DNA of 64,000 nucleotides from Neocallimastix sp. 'constans' (taxonomy: Eukaryota). Position 1 is the stretch's first letter; each line of letters starts with the position of its first letter. Below the pieces are notes generated by a model, which worked only from the letters and a program-made list of their open reading frames with translations, had not been told where the DNA came from and made no database searches. The stretch spans positions 62,001-126,000 of the forward strand of contig JBODTK010000112.1 in the NCBI GenBank assembly GCA_050613775.1. Direction: 5' to 3'. A program made the position numbers and the translations under genes. Shown piece by piece: positions 34,612 to 47,715 of this stretch.

Positions 34612-35022
34612 AATTTTACTGATGTATCATTTAATTGTTATTTTTTTATTAACAAAAATCAGGTTGGGATGAAGGTATTCCAACTATGAGTCTTGGTGAA
34701 TCTGCTATTTTAAGTATTCAACCAGAATACGGTAAAATAAATATTATATATTCATTAATTTAATAATTTATGATTGAATTTGCAAATGCATTGATAATTG
34801 AAAATAAATTAATTATTTATTATTTTTGAAAAAATAGGTTATGGTGCTCGTGGTGCTGGTGCTAGTATTCCACCAAATTCTGAATTAATCTTTGAAGTAA
34901 GAATAATTAATAGTTAAATATTTTATTTAACTTAAAAATAATGTTTATATATTAACTTATTTTATTGTAAAATATATGTTTTTAATAATTAGGTTGAACT
35001 TCTTGAAATTGTTCCCAAATAA
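33171..35022 (+). CDS. FKBP-type peptidyl-prolyl isomerase with N-terminal transmembrane anchor and Thr/Ser/Pro stalk (8 exons)
   Basis: Exons 33171-33573, 33946-33971, 34093-34114, 34273-34283, 34396-34480, 34663-34731, 34838-34896 and 34993-35022 are all GT-AG and phase-compatible. They give KEVVTPGDGKNFPKKGDVVVMHYVGKLTNGKVFDSSRQRGQPFRSVIGVGRLIKGWDEGIPTMSLGESAILSIQPEYGYGARGAGASIPPNSELIFEVELLEIVPK*. Hydrophobic segment: AMCFGICIAFIFIFCLI. Confidence 0.93.
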
Positions 35023-35438
35023 ATAAAGTAAAAGGAATAAAAATTTAAAACAAAAAAAAGAAAAAATAATAATAATAACAATAATAAAGGAACGAACTAA
35101 TAAATAATTAAAAAAAAAAAAATTAAATTATTAAACGAATAATTAATAATAAACAAATAATTGCAAATAATTCATAAAAAGAAAAAGATAAAAAATATAT
35201 ATATATATATATGTATTATAAAATAAAACGTTATATTTTTTTTTTATATAAAAAAAAAAAAAAAAAAAGAAGAAAAGCATATATATAATAAAAAATTAAT
35301 TAAAAATAAAATTTACGAAATTTAATTTATTATTTTATTTTTTTTTTTTTTGAACATATAAATATTATTGAATTTTTAAAGATGATGGTTTAATTCTTTA
35401 AAGAATATATAATAAAAAAATAATTTTTTTTTTTTATT

Positions 35439-35473
<35 letters not shown>

Positions 35474-35525
35474 AAACGTAAATAATAATGATTTTTAGAG
35501 AATATTTTTAAATTTCTATTTTTTG

Positions 35526-35694
35526 AAGTGAGCGTCAACACTGAAAATGCAGTAAGATAAGGCTAGTAGGGCCAATGCCTCTGAAGGAGAGTATAAAATA
35601 TATATTTTGATATATATATACTCGCAATAATGGACTCGGTGTTATCATTGATGAATAGGAAAAGTTAGAAACTATTGTTTCTAACGCACTTTTA
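35526..35694. ncRNA. Candidate structured non-coding RNA, family unidentified
   Basis: Isolated GC-enriched island with nested stems AAGTG/CACTT, AACACTGA/TCGGTGTT, GGC/GCC, GAGTATA/TATACTC and GTTAGAAAC/GTTTCTAAC, ending in TTTT on +. Confidence 0.4.
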
Positions 35695-36368
35695 TAATTA
35701 TATAATATATAATATTTCATTTCATATATTTTATTTTTTTTATTTTTCATTTAAATCATGTAATTTTATTATTATTATAAATTAAATAAAGTTTTCTCTA
35801 AGTTTAAAAAAAAAAAAAAAAATTGATATATATATATATGAACAATGAACTTCAAATTCATAAGATAGGATTCCATTTGCTTCATTAATTGAAAAAATTT
35901 ATTTTGGTAATTATTTATTAAATATATATATAAATATATATAATTTTATTATAATAATTATTATTTCTATATATATTATTTTTTTACTCTTTTTATTATT
36001 AGTGATTATATCATTTTCCAAAATTATAATAAATTTATACTTCCATGTTAATAGTAATAATAGATGTTTTTATTATAGAGTAATTATATTTTTTTAAACT
36101 TTATTTTTTTTTTAGAAATGTTTTTGATATAACATATTTAGTTTATCATGTAAGAAATTATTCATTATTATATTTATATTTATATTCATATTGTGAATAA
36201 TTCAAAGACAAATATGATTTTTTAATAAAATTCATAAATATATACTATTTTTTTTTTTATTTTTTTTTATTTTTTATTTTTTTATTATAATTATAATTAC
36301 ATTTTAAAAATTCTTTTAAATATTATTATAAAAATTTTATTTAATTTTTTTTTTTTTTTTTTTTTTTT

Positions 36369-36926
36369 TTAATCAGATTCAATTTCATCATTTTCAACTT
36401 CAAATAAATTTTCATTAGCTTTAATTTTAGAGTTATTATAAAAATTATTATTATAGTTATTATTATTATTATTATTATTATAGTTATTATTAGTATTATA
36501 GTAATTTGTTGAAGTGGAATTGGTAAAATTGGTATAAGTATTTTTATTATTGAATTTATTATTTACAGTTATTTTATTAATTGAATTATTTTTTAAAATA
36601 GAAGAAGATGATAATGATAATAATTTTTTAGGGTTATTAAAATTCGTATTATTATTATTATTATTATTATAATTATTATTATTATTATCCTGATTGTCTT
36701 GATCATCATTATTATTAATTTCATCATCAATTTCATCATCTAATGCATTCTCTTTCATAGTTTTTGGTTGATATTCATATCCGTTGTTTAAATTACTCCA
36801 CCAATTATTTTCAGTCCTTGGATTTGTATAATTATTAGTATAATTTATAAATTGCTTATCTTTATAAAATAAAAACAAAACAAAACAAAACAAACAAACA
36901 AACAAACAAACAAACAAACAAACAAA

Positions 36927-36990
<64 letters not shown>

Positions 36991-39367
36991 AATTAATTAT
37001 TTTTATTTATTGGTTTTTTACTTTTTATATAAAACAATATAATATTTTTTACCATTAAAATTAAGTTCTCTATTTAAAATATGATTAGGTTTAGAAATTA
37101 TTTTTGAAAGATAAGGGAATACTTCAGTCATTATCTTGGATTTTGATGTATTTTCTTTAATTTATTTATTTATTATTTAAAAATAATATTTATATATTAA
37201 TAAATATATATTATAATAATAATAAGATATTATATTATATATAATCTTTGATGATGATATATATATATATTACCAATTTTAAATGGAATTTTGAAAGAAT
37301 TACTTAAATGATCAGACCACTGGTACAAAATATCATTTAAATGGGTATTATTTTGTTGTATTAATTTATTTGCTGACCATACTTCAGGTCTATATATTTT
37401 ATTTAATTTATTTGATCTTGGTACAGGATTAGTATGTGAATGTAATAATCCATACATAGATATATATTGTGAATAAAATGAAAAATCTTTATTACTTCTC
37501 TATATTAATAATAGTTTTTTTTTTTTTTTTTTTATTTTATTTTATAATATTAAAATATTGATAATTAATTATAAATTTTTATAATTATCTATATTAATAA
37601 TATCATGATTATATATATATATATAGTAAAATATTACATTCCACTTATTTTGAAATTGATCTGCTATACATAAATATTTAAAAACATCATCAAGTTCTTC
37701 TATTTCTTCAAAAAATGGGTATTGATTTTGCTCAAGAAAAAGCATTAACACTGATGAATCTATTTGATTTTGACTTATAATATCCTATAGGATATTGTTT
37801 TTAAAGTGCAAAAAAGAATATTTATTCATTGTCATTTATATTAACATAATATAGATAATATGATATATTAAATTATATTTTATTACAATCATTATTAGTA
37901 TTTAATATTAACTTACTTCAGGTTCATCTTCTAATTTCAGCCTTTCATGATCTTTTAAATAATCTGGCATTGTGAATTGGAATTTATATTGTAATGAATC
38001 TGTATTATCTTTATATTTTATTTTTGTAATGCTTGAATTATTACTTTGAGAAAATCCTTTAAATAAATAAGCAAACAAACAAACAAACAAACAAACAAAC
38101 AAACAAACAAACAAACAAACAAACAAACAAATAAATAAATAAATAAATAAATAAATAAATTTATTAATAAATAAATAAATTAATTTATTAATAAATAAAT
38201 AAGTAAATTAAAATATTTTAATTATATTAATAAATATTATATAAAATATTAATAATAACTAATTAAAAAAATAATATTTACTTTTATTATATAATATTTT
38301 CCCTACTATATGGAACAATGTTAAATGATCATTTATACTAAATATTGATGAAAATCTTGATATAAAAATAGCAATATAAAGATTTGAAAAAATAAATTAA
38401 AATCTTTACATATATATATATATATATTTTAGTATTTATATTTTATTTTATTTTATAAAATGAATTTACAAATTATAGGCTCCTCTTTTTCTAAATTTTT
38501 GATCTTTTTCTTTTTTTATTTCTTGTAAAATAGTTAATCTCTCTTCTTTTTGAAGTAATTGTTTCGGATTTTCGTACAAATATAAAAATTGAAGGGTATT
38601 TATTGCAGAACGAATATCACCATTAGAATGTAAACCAATTGCTCTTAAAATCATTGTGTCTAACTGTTTAGATGGTGGCAAAGCTTTTTCTGATAAATTT
38701 TTTAATGATTTTGCAATTATGGTTTCCGCAACAGGATTGAAACTATTTATTATATATTATATATTATTATTAATAATTAATTATTATTATAATTATTATT
38801 GCTATTGCTACTGTCTTTGTTATTGTTACTTTTTAATTTATTATTTATTTATATAATAAATATACTTTATGATATATGACATACTTAATTATATGACATA
38901 TATTAGAATTTAATACTGAAGAGGGTATATAAGTTTTAATAGTAAAATCCTGTTTTTTTGAAAAATCATCCTCAATAGATAATATTTCACTAATAATAAA
39001 AATAAGGGAATATGTAGATTTTGATGAGTTAAAATATGACTGAATAAGTGATTGAAAGTTTTTACGAGTTTTTAAATTTGTTAATAAAGGTACATCTTCA
39101 AGTAAAATTATCTTATATTTATAATTTTTTATTTTTTCTGATGTTTTTGGTATATATGGATTGGTTTTTAAAACTTCATTAGATTTTGAATGTTCACTTG
39201 ATTGATATTCAAATTGCAATGAAGGATATTTATTTGCTGATATAAAAAAATGCTTAAATTTTTCTGTAATACTTGTATCATCAGTATCATTCATATTTTT
39301 CCAATATTTATAATTCGAAGTATCATAATCATCCAGATTCAGTTCAGTTTCTTTTTGATAATAATTA

Positions 39368-39417
<50 letters not shown>

Positions 39418-39518
39418 TGTTTTTGCAATGTATTATTTATAAAATTATTAGTAATATTAAATATTGATTTAATAATTCATTGTTAATTCACTTAATATAT
39501 ATATTTCAACAACAACAA

Positions 39519-39553
<35 letters not shown>

Positions 39554-39733
39554 ATATTATCATACTTGTTTCAGATATTTTTAACGTGTTCACTGGATTT
39601 GTCCATTCAATAATTTCAATATTTAATTCTTCAGCCAAAACTTTTAAAGTTGCTGTTTTTCCAGATCCAGATGGCCCACTTAAAATTAGTAATGATGGTT
39701 TCTATAAATAATAATAATAATAATAATAATGTA

Positions 39734-39795
<62 letters not shown>

Positions 39796-40805
39796 TTTTT
39801 ACTATTTATTTGTTTATTTATTTAACATAATAAATAACGTACTCTTGTTCTATTATTAATAATATTATATATGAGCCATTGTCTAACTTCATCTACTTTT
39901 CTTTTATTTACAGCTAATTCATTCTACAATTTTTAGATATGAAATAAAGATTATTAATAATATATAATTAATAAAAAGTAAAATATTATATATATATACA
40001 TAAACATACTGAATTTTGTGGTATAAATTTATCAATCCATAATTGAGTTTCTATATTATCTTTAATTAATTTTTATTTATTAGTTTGTAATATAATTAAT
40101 ATTCAAAATTTTAAATATATATATATATATATTTTCAAAAAAAAAAAAAAAAAAAAAAAGGAAGAAGAAAATAAAAAGAAACATATAAAAAAAAGGAATA
40201 TATACTATTATCTATCATTTTTTCATTTTTTGTTTCTTTATTTTTTTTAGTTGATTTATTTTGTGTATTGTCAAAAAACCAATTTAAAGAATTCTATAAT
40301 TTCAATTTTTCATTGTTTTTTTATTCAATATTATTAGTAAAATAATAATTTTATCTAAATTTTATTATTATTGTATAAAATTTACTTGAACATTTGATAA
40401 TTTATATTCTTTTCTTCTTTTATTTGGAATTGAAATTGTTTTTTTTTCTTCTTGTAATTCACTTTTTTTTTTAGATTGAATTCCTCTAATATTTCGTCTT
40501 TTTTTAATATCATACTCTTGACTTATAGGAAATAATGAATAGATATTATCACTTAATTCATCATCATCGTCACTGCTATCAAAAGAAAAGGTTTTTGAAT
40601 GACTTAATTTTAGTTTTTTTTTAGGATTTTTTGTAATTGGATTGGGATTACTTGAAGAAATACGTTTATTACTTTCAGTTTCGTCATCATCTGATAGAGT
40701 TAAATCTATTACCGTTTCAATTTTTTTATTTTGTTTATTAATTTCAAATCTTTTACTTGAAAAATTCGAAACAGAATTAAAAGATAGACTTTTTTTTTTA
40801 TCCAT
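36369..40805 (-). CDS. RAD17: Checkpoint clamp loader Rad17/Rad24 (AAA+), multi-exon
   Basis: Spliced motifs LWIDKFIP, ELAVNKRKVDEVRQWL, Walker A LLILSGPSGSGKTATLKVLAEELNIEIIEWTNP, Walker B-like IILLEDVP, FNPVAETII, SNGDIRSAINTLQF and LTLFHIVGKILYNK. Some internal exon borders were not fully resolved. Confidence 0.92.
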
Positions 40806-41509
40806 TTAAATACTATTTTTTAATATTTATAAAAGTGTAATTTTGAATTTCATTTTTATGATTTTAAAGAATTATAAAAAAATATATTATTATTATAAAA
40901 TTAAATTATTTTTAAAAAATAAAATAAATTATATGTATATATATATAAAATGGAAGTATAATAAAAAAATAAAATAAAAAAATAAATAATAAAAAGTACA
41001 TAATAACATATATATAAATATAACAATGACATAAGAAATTTTATAATTAGTATTATATAAATTTAAAATATGAAATTGTGTAATTCTGAAGATATTAAAT
41101 ATTTTATCCAAAATTCAACCATGAACTTACTATAAATTTAATGAATTGGTTATTTATTTTTTATGAAATAATGTATAGGATTTAATATTACTTTAAAAAA
41201 CAATATTATATAAAAATAAAAAAAAAAAAAAAAAAGAATGTTAAAAAAAATATTAATTTTTTTATGTCCTTTAATATTAAGAAAGTAATTATGTTAATTT
41301 ATAATTTTTTTTTTTTGATATAAAAATTTAATAGGAATTTCATATCATATTTTCCATAAACTTTAATTATTATATATATTCTTTTAAAGATTATTTATTA
41401 CTGACATTAAATATATATAAATTATTTGTCTATTCAAATTAATTTTATTTTTATATTTTTATATTTTTATGATTTTTTTTTTTAAAAGAATTTCTTTATT
41501 GGTAAAATC

Positions 41510-41586
<77 letters not shown>

Positions 41587-41829
41587 GTAATCATCATTAT
41601 TATTCGTATTATTACAATTTTAAAATTATATCTTTATCTAAATAATACTAATTTTTATATTATACTTTTATATTCTGAAATTTTTAATTTGAACTTTCAT
41701 ATGAAAAAATTTTTTAATATTAGATAAAATATTATACTATTTAAAATTAATAAAAAAAGTTTTAAATATGTAATAATAAAATAGCAATTTAATAATTTTT
41801 TTTTTTTATTATTGATATTATTGATAAAT

Positions 41830-41890
41830 GGTATGATTAACAGATGCTCATAATCTCAATATCTGTGGATTCAATCCCAATCATTAAGGT
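41830..41890 (+). pseudogene. Possible decayed tRNA-Met-like 3' half
   Basis: CTCATAA anticodon-loop-like heptamer followed by TCTCAATATCTGTGGATTCAATCCCA (T-arm-like). No D-arm or acceptor stem. Confidence 0.2.
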
Positions 41891-42528
41891 ACATAAGCTC
41901 ATACTATAAGGAATTTTTATAAAAGATGAGTTTTAAATAAACGTAGGTAGTAACATTTTGTTAATATAGATAGTAAAATTTAATTTATATTAATAATAAA
42001 TTAATTACAAACAAATATAATTTATATATTAATAATGCTTAATAAAATACAATAATATGAGATATGTTTTTATAATCAAGGTTTATAATATAGTAATATC
42101 CTTTTTAATGTATATATAATTTTTATTTATTTTTCTTTTTTTTTTTTTTTTTTTATTAATAATATTACTACTATTTTTAATATATTTAATAATTTTTTAT
42201 ATAAAAATATTAATTAGTAATTATTAATAATTCATCAATATCATATATAGATTTTGTAATAATATAAAATAAAATAATATTAATTAATAAAAAATATTGA
42301 TGACATATTTATATTAATAGATTATTATTTATTTATTTATTTATTTATTATTATTATTATTATTATTTTTAAAAAAATGATATATTATATTTAATTATAT
42401 GAAAATCAAATATATATTTTATAAAATATTCAAAATATTATTTTTAAAAGTATTAATATTAGTGTTCTATAATTAATATCAATATATATATAGTTTTGAA
42501 GTGTGTTATTGCTCATTATAACATTTCA

Positions 42529-45476
42529 TTAATTATCATAATTGGTATTATTATCATTATTATCTAAATTAAGAAGATCTATTGTTGAGGGTGGCTTTAA
42601 ATCAACAGATGATGGATCAAAAATACTTAATGATTTCATTTTTTCAGTATTTAAATGAAAAGAAGAGGATGAAGTCGAAGATGATTCTGAAGTTGATAAT
42701 AAACTATTACAACTGTTTAGTTTAGAAAGCGAACTACTTTTTTTATGAGAAAATTTCAAACCCATCCCAATAGGTTTTGTTTTTTTCTTAATTGAGGATG
42801 AAGATCGATTAATAGAATGAATATTACTAGTATTACCAAAATTTTCATTATTTTCAAATAAACTCGTTTTGTTTTCCATATTAAAACTAATAGGATTTGT
42901 TACTGAGGTATTAGTTGAAGCACTATTAGCACCAGAATTAGAAGAAACAGAAGCCGGAGTAGAACCCACTTCTAATCCATTAAAATTAGTATAATCTACG
43001 AAATTATTGTAACCAGGATTCCATAAACCTGCACTCAAAGGATATACTAAAGGAAGGGAAGGTTTATCCATAACAACAGAAGCCGAATTACATTGGCTAT
43101 GACTTTGACTTCTATGATGGCTATGATACGGGTGATCACGAAGAGAATTCTTATGTCTTGCGGAGTTATTTAAATTAAGAGCATTAAAATTCTCCATAAG
43201 TTGCATTTTAGACAATAAATATGATGGAGTACTTTTATTAGATCCGTTCGAATCAGCATATTTAGAATAATCTGTAGAAGTATCAGTATTAACTGTGGAT
43301 GTAGTTGTATCACTTAAAGGAACATTACCAACAACTTCTAAAGAATTTGCTATTTCATTCAAGTCTTCAGCACTAGTAATAATTCTAAGATTATTTTTTT
43401 GCTGAATTTGAGATAATCTTTTACTTTTGTTTGTATTATCATTACTTGGAACAACTGGTGTGATTGTTTCCAAAATATTATTTTGAAGAGTTGATGGAAC
43501 AATCGTATTAGTTAAATCTGATAATGAATTTTCTATACTGGTTGAGTAAATACCATTTGTATTAAAGGTATCATCTTTAAGTTTATTAGGATTATTATTA
43601 ATACTATTTGTATTAAGAATGGGTTCAAATATTGCATCAAAAGATGGACTATGAAAACTATCTTCCATATTAATATCATTTTGTACTGTCATTTGAGGTA
43701 AGGGATCAATTGTAGTTATATCATTATTTTGAGACTGAATAATAAATGGACCTTGAGTATTATCTAATGGTGTTTGATAGGATTCAAATGCAGATAAAGT
43801 ATTATTGAGTAATAAAAATTCATTTCCTTTATTTAAAGACATTGGATTAATATCAACAGGAACACTAGTGGATGGATCAGAAACCATATTATTTACGTTA
43901 GCTTGATCAAGAAGATTAACTGATGAACCAGTAATGTTTGTTACATCTAATAAACTATTACTATATGATGAGAGAGAGAGTTCATCAAAATAACTTGAAG
44001 AAAAATCAGTTCCTACTAAGGATGAAGAATCATATTCATATCCAAGATTAGAATAGCTATTATCTAAAGACGAATGTGAATCATTATTTATTCTTGAATT
44101 AATATTTAATACTTGAGGGTTAGCTTCATCAATAATATTATTATTATTGTTAGACATATTATTTAAGGAAATTGAATTTATTAAAGTTTGATACAAAATA
44201 TGATCATTGTCCAGTTCCTGATCATATTCCATTTTATTTTCATGATACATTTCCTCTAACTTTTTAGATTGATAAATAGAACTAGAGGTAGATCGTTGTC
44301 GAGAATTATGTTTAAATTGTTTATTTTGAATAATTGATAAGTCATCTAAACTTGTTTTTTTATTTTCTAATTTTTTCTTCATCTCTTTTGATTTTTTTGC
44401 TTCATTATTTGATTTTTTATTCTTTTTTGATCTATCTGGTGTGAATTTATAATTTGGGTATCTTTAAAATTATAGTAATAAAAAATATTTTAATTAATAA
44501 CTTTTATTAAAGGAATTTAAGAACATTAAATTAAAATTACTCAAAAATTTAAATATTTAGAAATTTATATTATAGTATATAACTAACATACTTTAGTTTA
44601 TGTTCTTCTAATTCGATTCTCGCTTTTTCAGCGTAATATTTTTTTACCTCTTCAGTTTCGTTTCTCCACATCTGACCTACTGCTTTTGATACATCTCTTC
44701 TGTTAATATTTGGATTTATCTTTAAAAAATCAGGTGTTTTATCATGTAAATAAAATAAAAAACTATTCTTTGGTCTAGGTATTTTTTTAATTTTTTTAAC
44801 TGTTTTATTTTCCGTTTTATTTTCTATTTGAGATGTATTTAAAGGTTGTTTTTTTTCTGTTAAATAGGTAATGTTTAATAGATATATTATAAATTATTAA
44901 TATAATAAATTTAGTATTTAATTATTTTTAATAATTTTTTATTTTATTGTATATATATATAAGTCATTATTATGATGATTATGGTTATTATTTACCATCC
45001 TTTTCTAAATCTGAAGTTTTATTAGTTTGGTTTTTTCTAATTAAGCCATCAATTGTTTGTTGAGTTTGTTTTTCATTCTTATGTTTTAGGATCTCAGAAG
45101 GATTTAATGTTTCATCATTTTTTCCTGGTCCAATAAAAGATTTATTTAAGGACGGTGAATTCACCTGACTATTTGAACAACTATTTGGAATAGAATGATT
45201 TAATATAGGGTTAGACAAAGAGGTTGGATTTAAAGATGGAAGTGAATTTTTTGATTCATCTTTAATAGGAATAATAACTGACATATATCCCTCCGGAACA
45301 AAAATATATTTTCCGTCTACTTTTGGGTCATCTAGTAAGATATTAATTTATACAATATTATTATTTTATTATTGTATATAAATATTAAATGATAATATTA
45401 ATAACTCTGATGTTAATAAAAGAAAAAGTAATTATATAATACCTTTATTATTGATTTCTTGATTAATCTCATCCAT
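42529..45476 (-). CDS. Sequence-specific HMG-box transcription factor (MATA/SOX type) with long Ser/Asn-rich C-terminal region
   Basis: Exons at about 45476-45443, 45331-44996, 44857-44593 and 44461-42529. HMG box: KIPRPKNSFLFYLHDKTPDFLKINPNINRRDVSKAVGQMWRNETEEVKKYYAEKARIELEEHKLKYPNYKFTP. Confidence 0.9.
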
Positions 45477-46344
45477 TATATATATATATATATAATATAA
45501 TTACAAAATCAAAATTTTAAATGAGATGCTATACATAAAAAAAAAAAAAAAAAGAAATAAAGGGTATAAAATGTAATAATTTTATAAATAACTTTTGGAA
45601 ATATATATTACTTTTATACATTTTTTTTTTTTTTAAATATTTAATTAACATTATACAATTAAATATAATTTTATTTTAAATTAATTTAATTAAATATATT
45701 AAATATTTATAAAAATAATCAAAAAAAAAATATTTTATTTATATAAATGACAATAATTAATGATAATTAATAATAATAATTAATATATTTTTTTTCTTAT
45801 TATATAAATAATTTCTGCAACAAAGCACTATTATAATTTTTTATTATATTATTATTTTTTAAATATTTATATTTAAATATTTTATTATAATTTAAACCAA
45901 TTTATTAGTAATAAAAGGTATGACAAATATTTATACATATATTTATATATTAAAAAATTAACCCAAAATTTCTAAAATTTAATCATTACACAAATAATTA
46001 GAAGAAATAAAAACTTAAAAATATATATTTAATGGAAAATAAATTTTAAATTTATTAATTGACAAAAACTATTGTATAATTAATAATTAATCTTTTTATT
46101 TATTGGATGAAAAAAAATATCAAAGAAAATATATTAAAATAGAAATTGTATATATAATGTATGATCCATAAAAAATATTAAAATAGTAGATAATAAAATT
46201 TTATAATTTATATAATATGATTAATTAAAATAAAAGATAAAATATATACTAATGAATTATTAAAACTATTAATGCTATACCTTAATGAAAATTTTATAAT
46301 ATTATATTAAATTTATATTATTATATTATTTATATCTTTTATAT

Positions 46345-46520
46345 GATTGTGAAGGTGTTGCTGAAGCTATCAATGAAGCCTTACTAATGAGTAAGGAAGA
46401 ACGTAATGATCGCTACAAGCAATTATATAAAAATATCAGTAATAATACTTCTCAATTTTGGGCAAAGAGTTTCTATAAGGAATTATGAGAAAAGGTTATT
46501 GTGACAACCGATCAAATTAA
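46345..46520 (+). pseudogene. Orphan exon-sized fragment of trehalose-6-phosphate synthase (GT20 C-terminal helices)
   Basis: Translates as DCEGVAEAINEALLMSKEERNDRYKQLYKNISNNTSQFWAKSFYKEL*, matching the recalled TPS pattern D.xxVAxAIxxALxMxxEERxxRxxxLYxxVxxxTxxxWAxSFxxEL. No upstream exons or AG acceptor nearby. Confidence 0.8.
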
Positions 46521-46817
46521 AATAATAAATAAAATATACGCAATATTTTTAATGATTTATGAAAATTTATTAAAACTATACAATTAAAGAATATTTTATA
46601 ATACTATATTATTTTATTTATATAATTATAATTTTTTTAAAAAGAAAAATCTATCAATGAAATAGGTTATAAATACTTGCTTAAATATTCGTAAATATTT
46701 CATAATTTTAATTATTTATTATAATAAAAATATTTTTAATTATTGTGGAATTTATTGTTTTTCATATTATACACTTATAATTATTATATAAAATAATTAA
46801 TATCAAACAAATAATTA

Positions 46818-47150
46818 TAATATTACTGAATTAAATAAAAATAAAATAAATAATTGTAATATTACTGAATTAAATAAAAATAAAATAAATAATTGTAATA
46901 TTACTGAATTAAATAAAAATAAAATAAATAATTGTAATATTACTGAATTAAATAAAAATAAATAATTGTAATATTACTGAATTAAATAAAAATAAAATAA
47001 ATAATTGTAATATTACTAATTTAAATGAAAATAAAATAAATAGTTGTAATATTACTAATTTAAATGAAAATAAAATAAATAATTGTAATATTACTAATTT
47101 AAATGAAAATAAAATAAATAGTTGTAATATTACTGATTTAAATAAAAATT
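46818..47150. repeat. 39-bp minisatellite, about 8-9 copies
   Basis: Unit TAATATTACTGAATTAAATAAAAATAAAATAAATAATTG. One copy is shortened and the later copies share variants. Confidence 0.95.
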
Positions 47151-47715
47151 AATAAAAAGTTTTACATATTAAAATGGTAATTAATAAAAAGTCTAATGAA
47201 TTTATAAGATTTAACATTGTACTTTTGAAATTAATGGTATTTGGGATCCGCATTCCTGTCATTAAAAAAGAAAAACAAATAAAATAACGAAATTTTATAT
47301 ATCAAATAAATATATATATAATACAATATAAATTTATGTTTATAATAAATATTGTATAATATATTATATTGATTTTATATAAAATTACTTAAAATTACTT
47401 ATTAAAATATCTATCAATAATTGTTTTTCTATAATCATTGTTTTAATAATATTTTAAGTGTATTGAAAATTATTATATTAATAAGTTTTTTTAAAATACA
47501 AATCAATATATTGAAATTTTCTTTTTTTTACTTATTTTGATTAAAAAAGGAAAAATGGAGAGAATTAATAAATAATTATATAATGAAAGAATAAATCATA
47601 ATTTTGATCTTTCACCTAATTTTAATTCTTCTAATTCCCTTCTTCTCTTTTCTTCTATTTCCTTTTTAATACGTTGCTTTCTCATTTTAATGTTTCCACA
47701 GGAATGCGCCTTATT

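Noticed and set aside
35535..35750. 71-aa minus-strand ORF over the structured island
   Set aside because: It starts in A/T filler and has no protein-like features. Nested base-pairing explains the island better.
46376..46410. Resemblance of GCCTTACTAATGAGTAAGGAA to the U12 snRNA 5' end
   Set aside because: It lies in frame within a longer TPS-like coding fragment, with no U12 3' stems or Sm site.
46818..47150. CRISPR-like appearance of the 39-bp repeats
   Set aside because: The units are head-to-tail with no unique spacers, there are no cas genes, and the context is eukaryotic.
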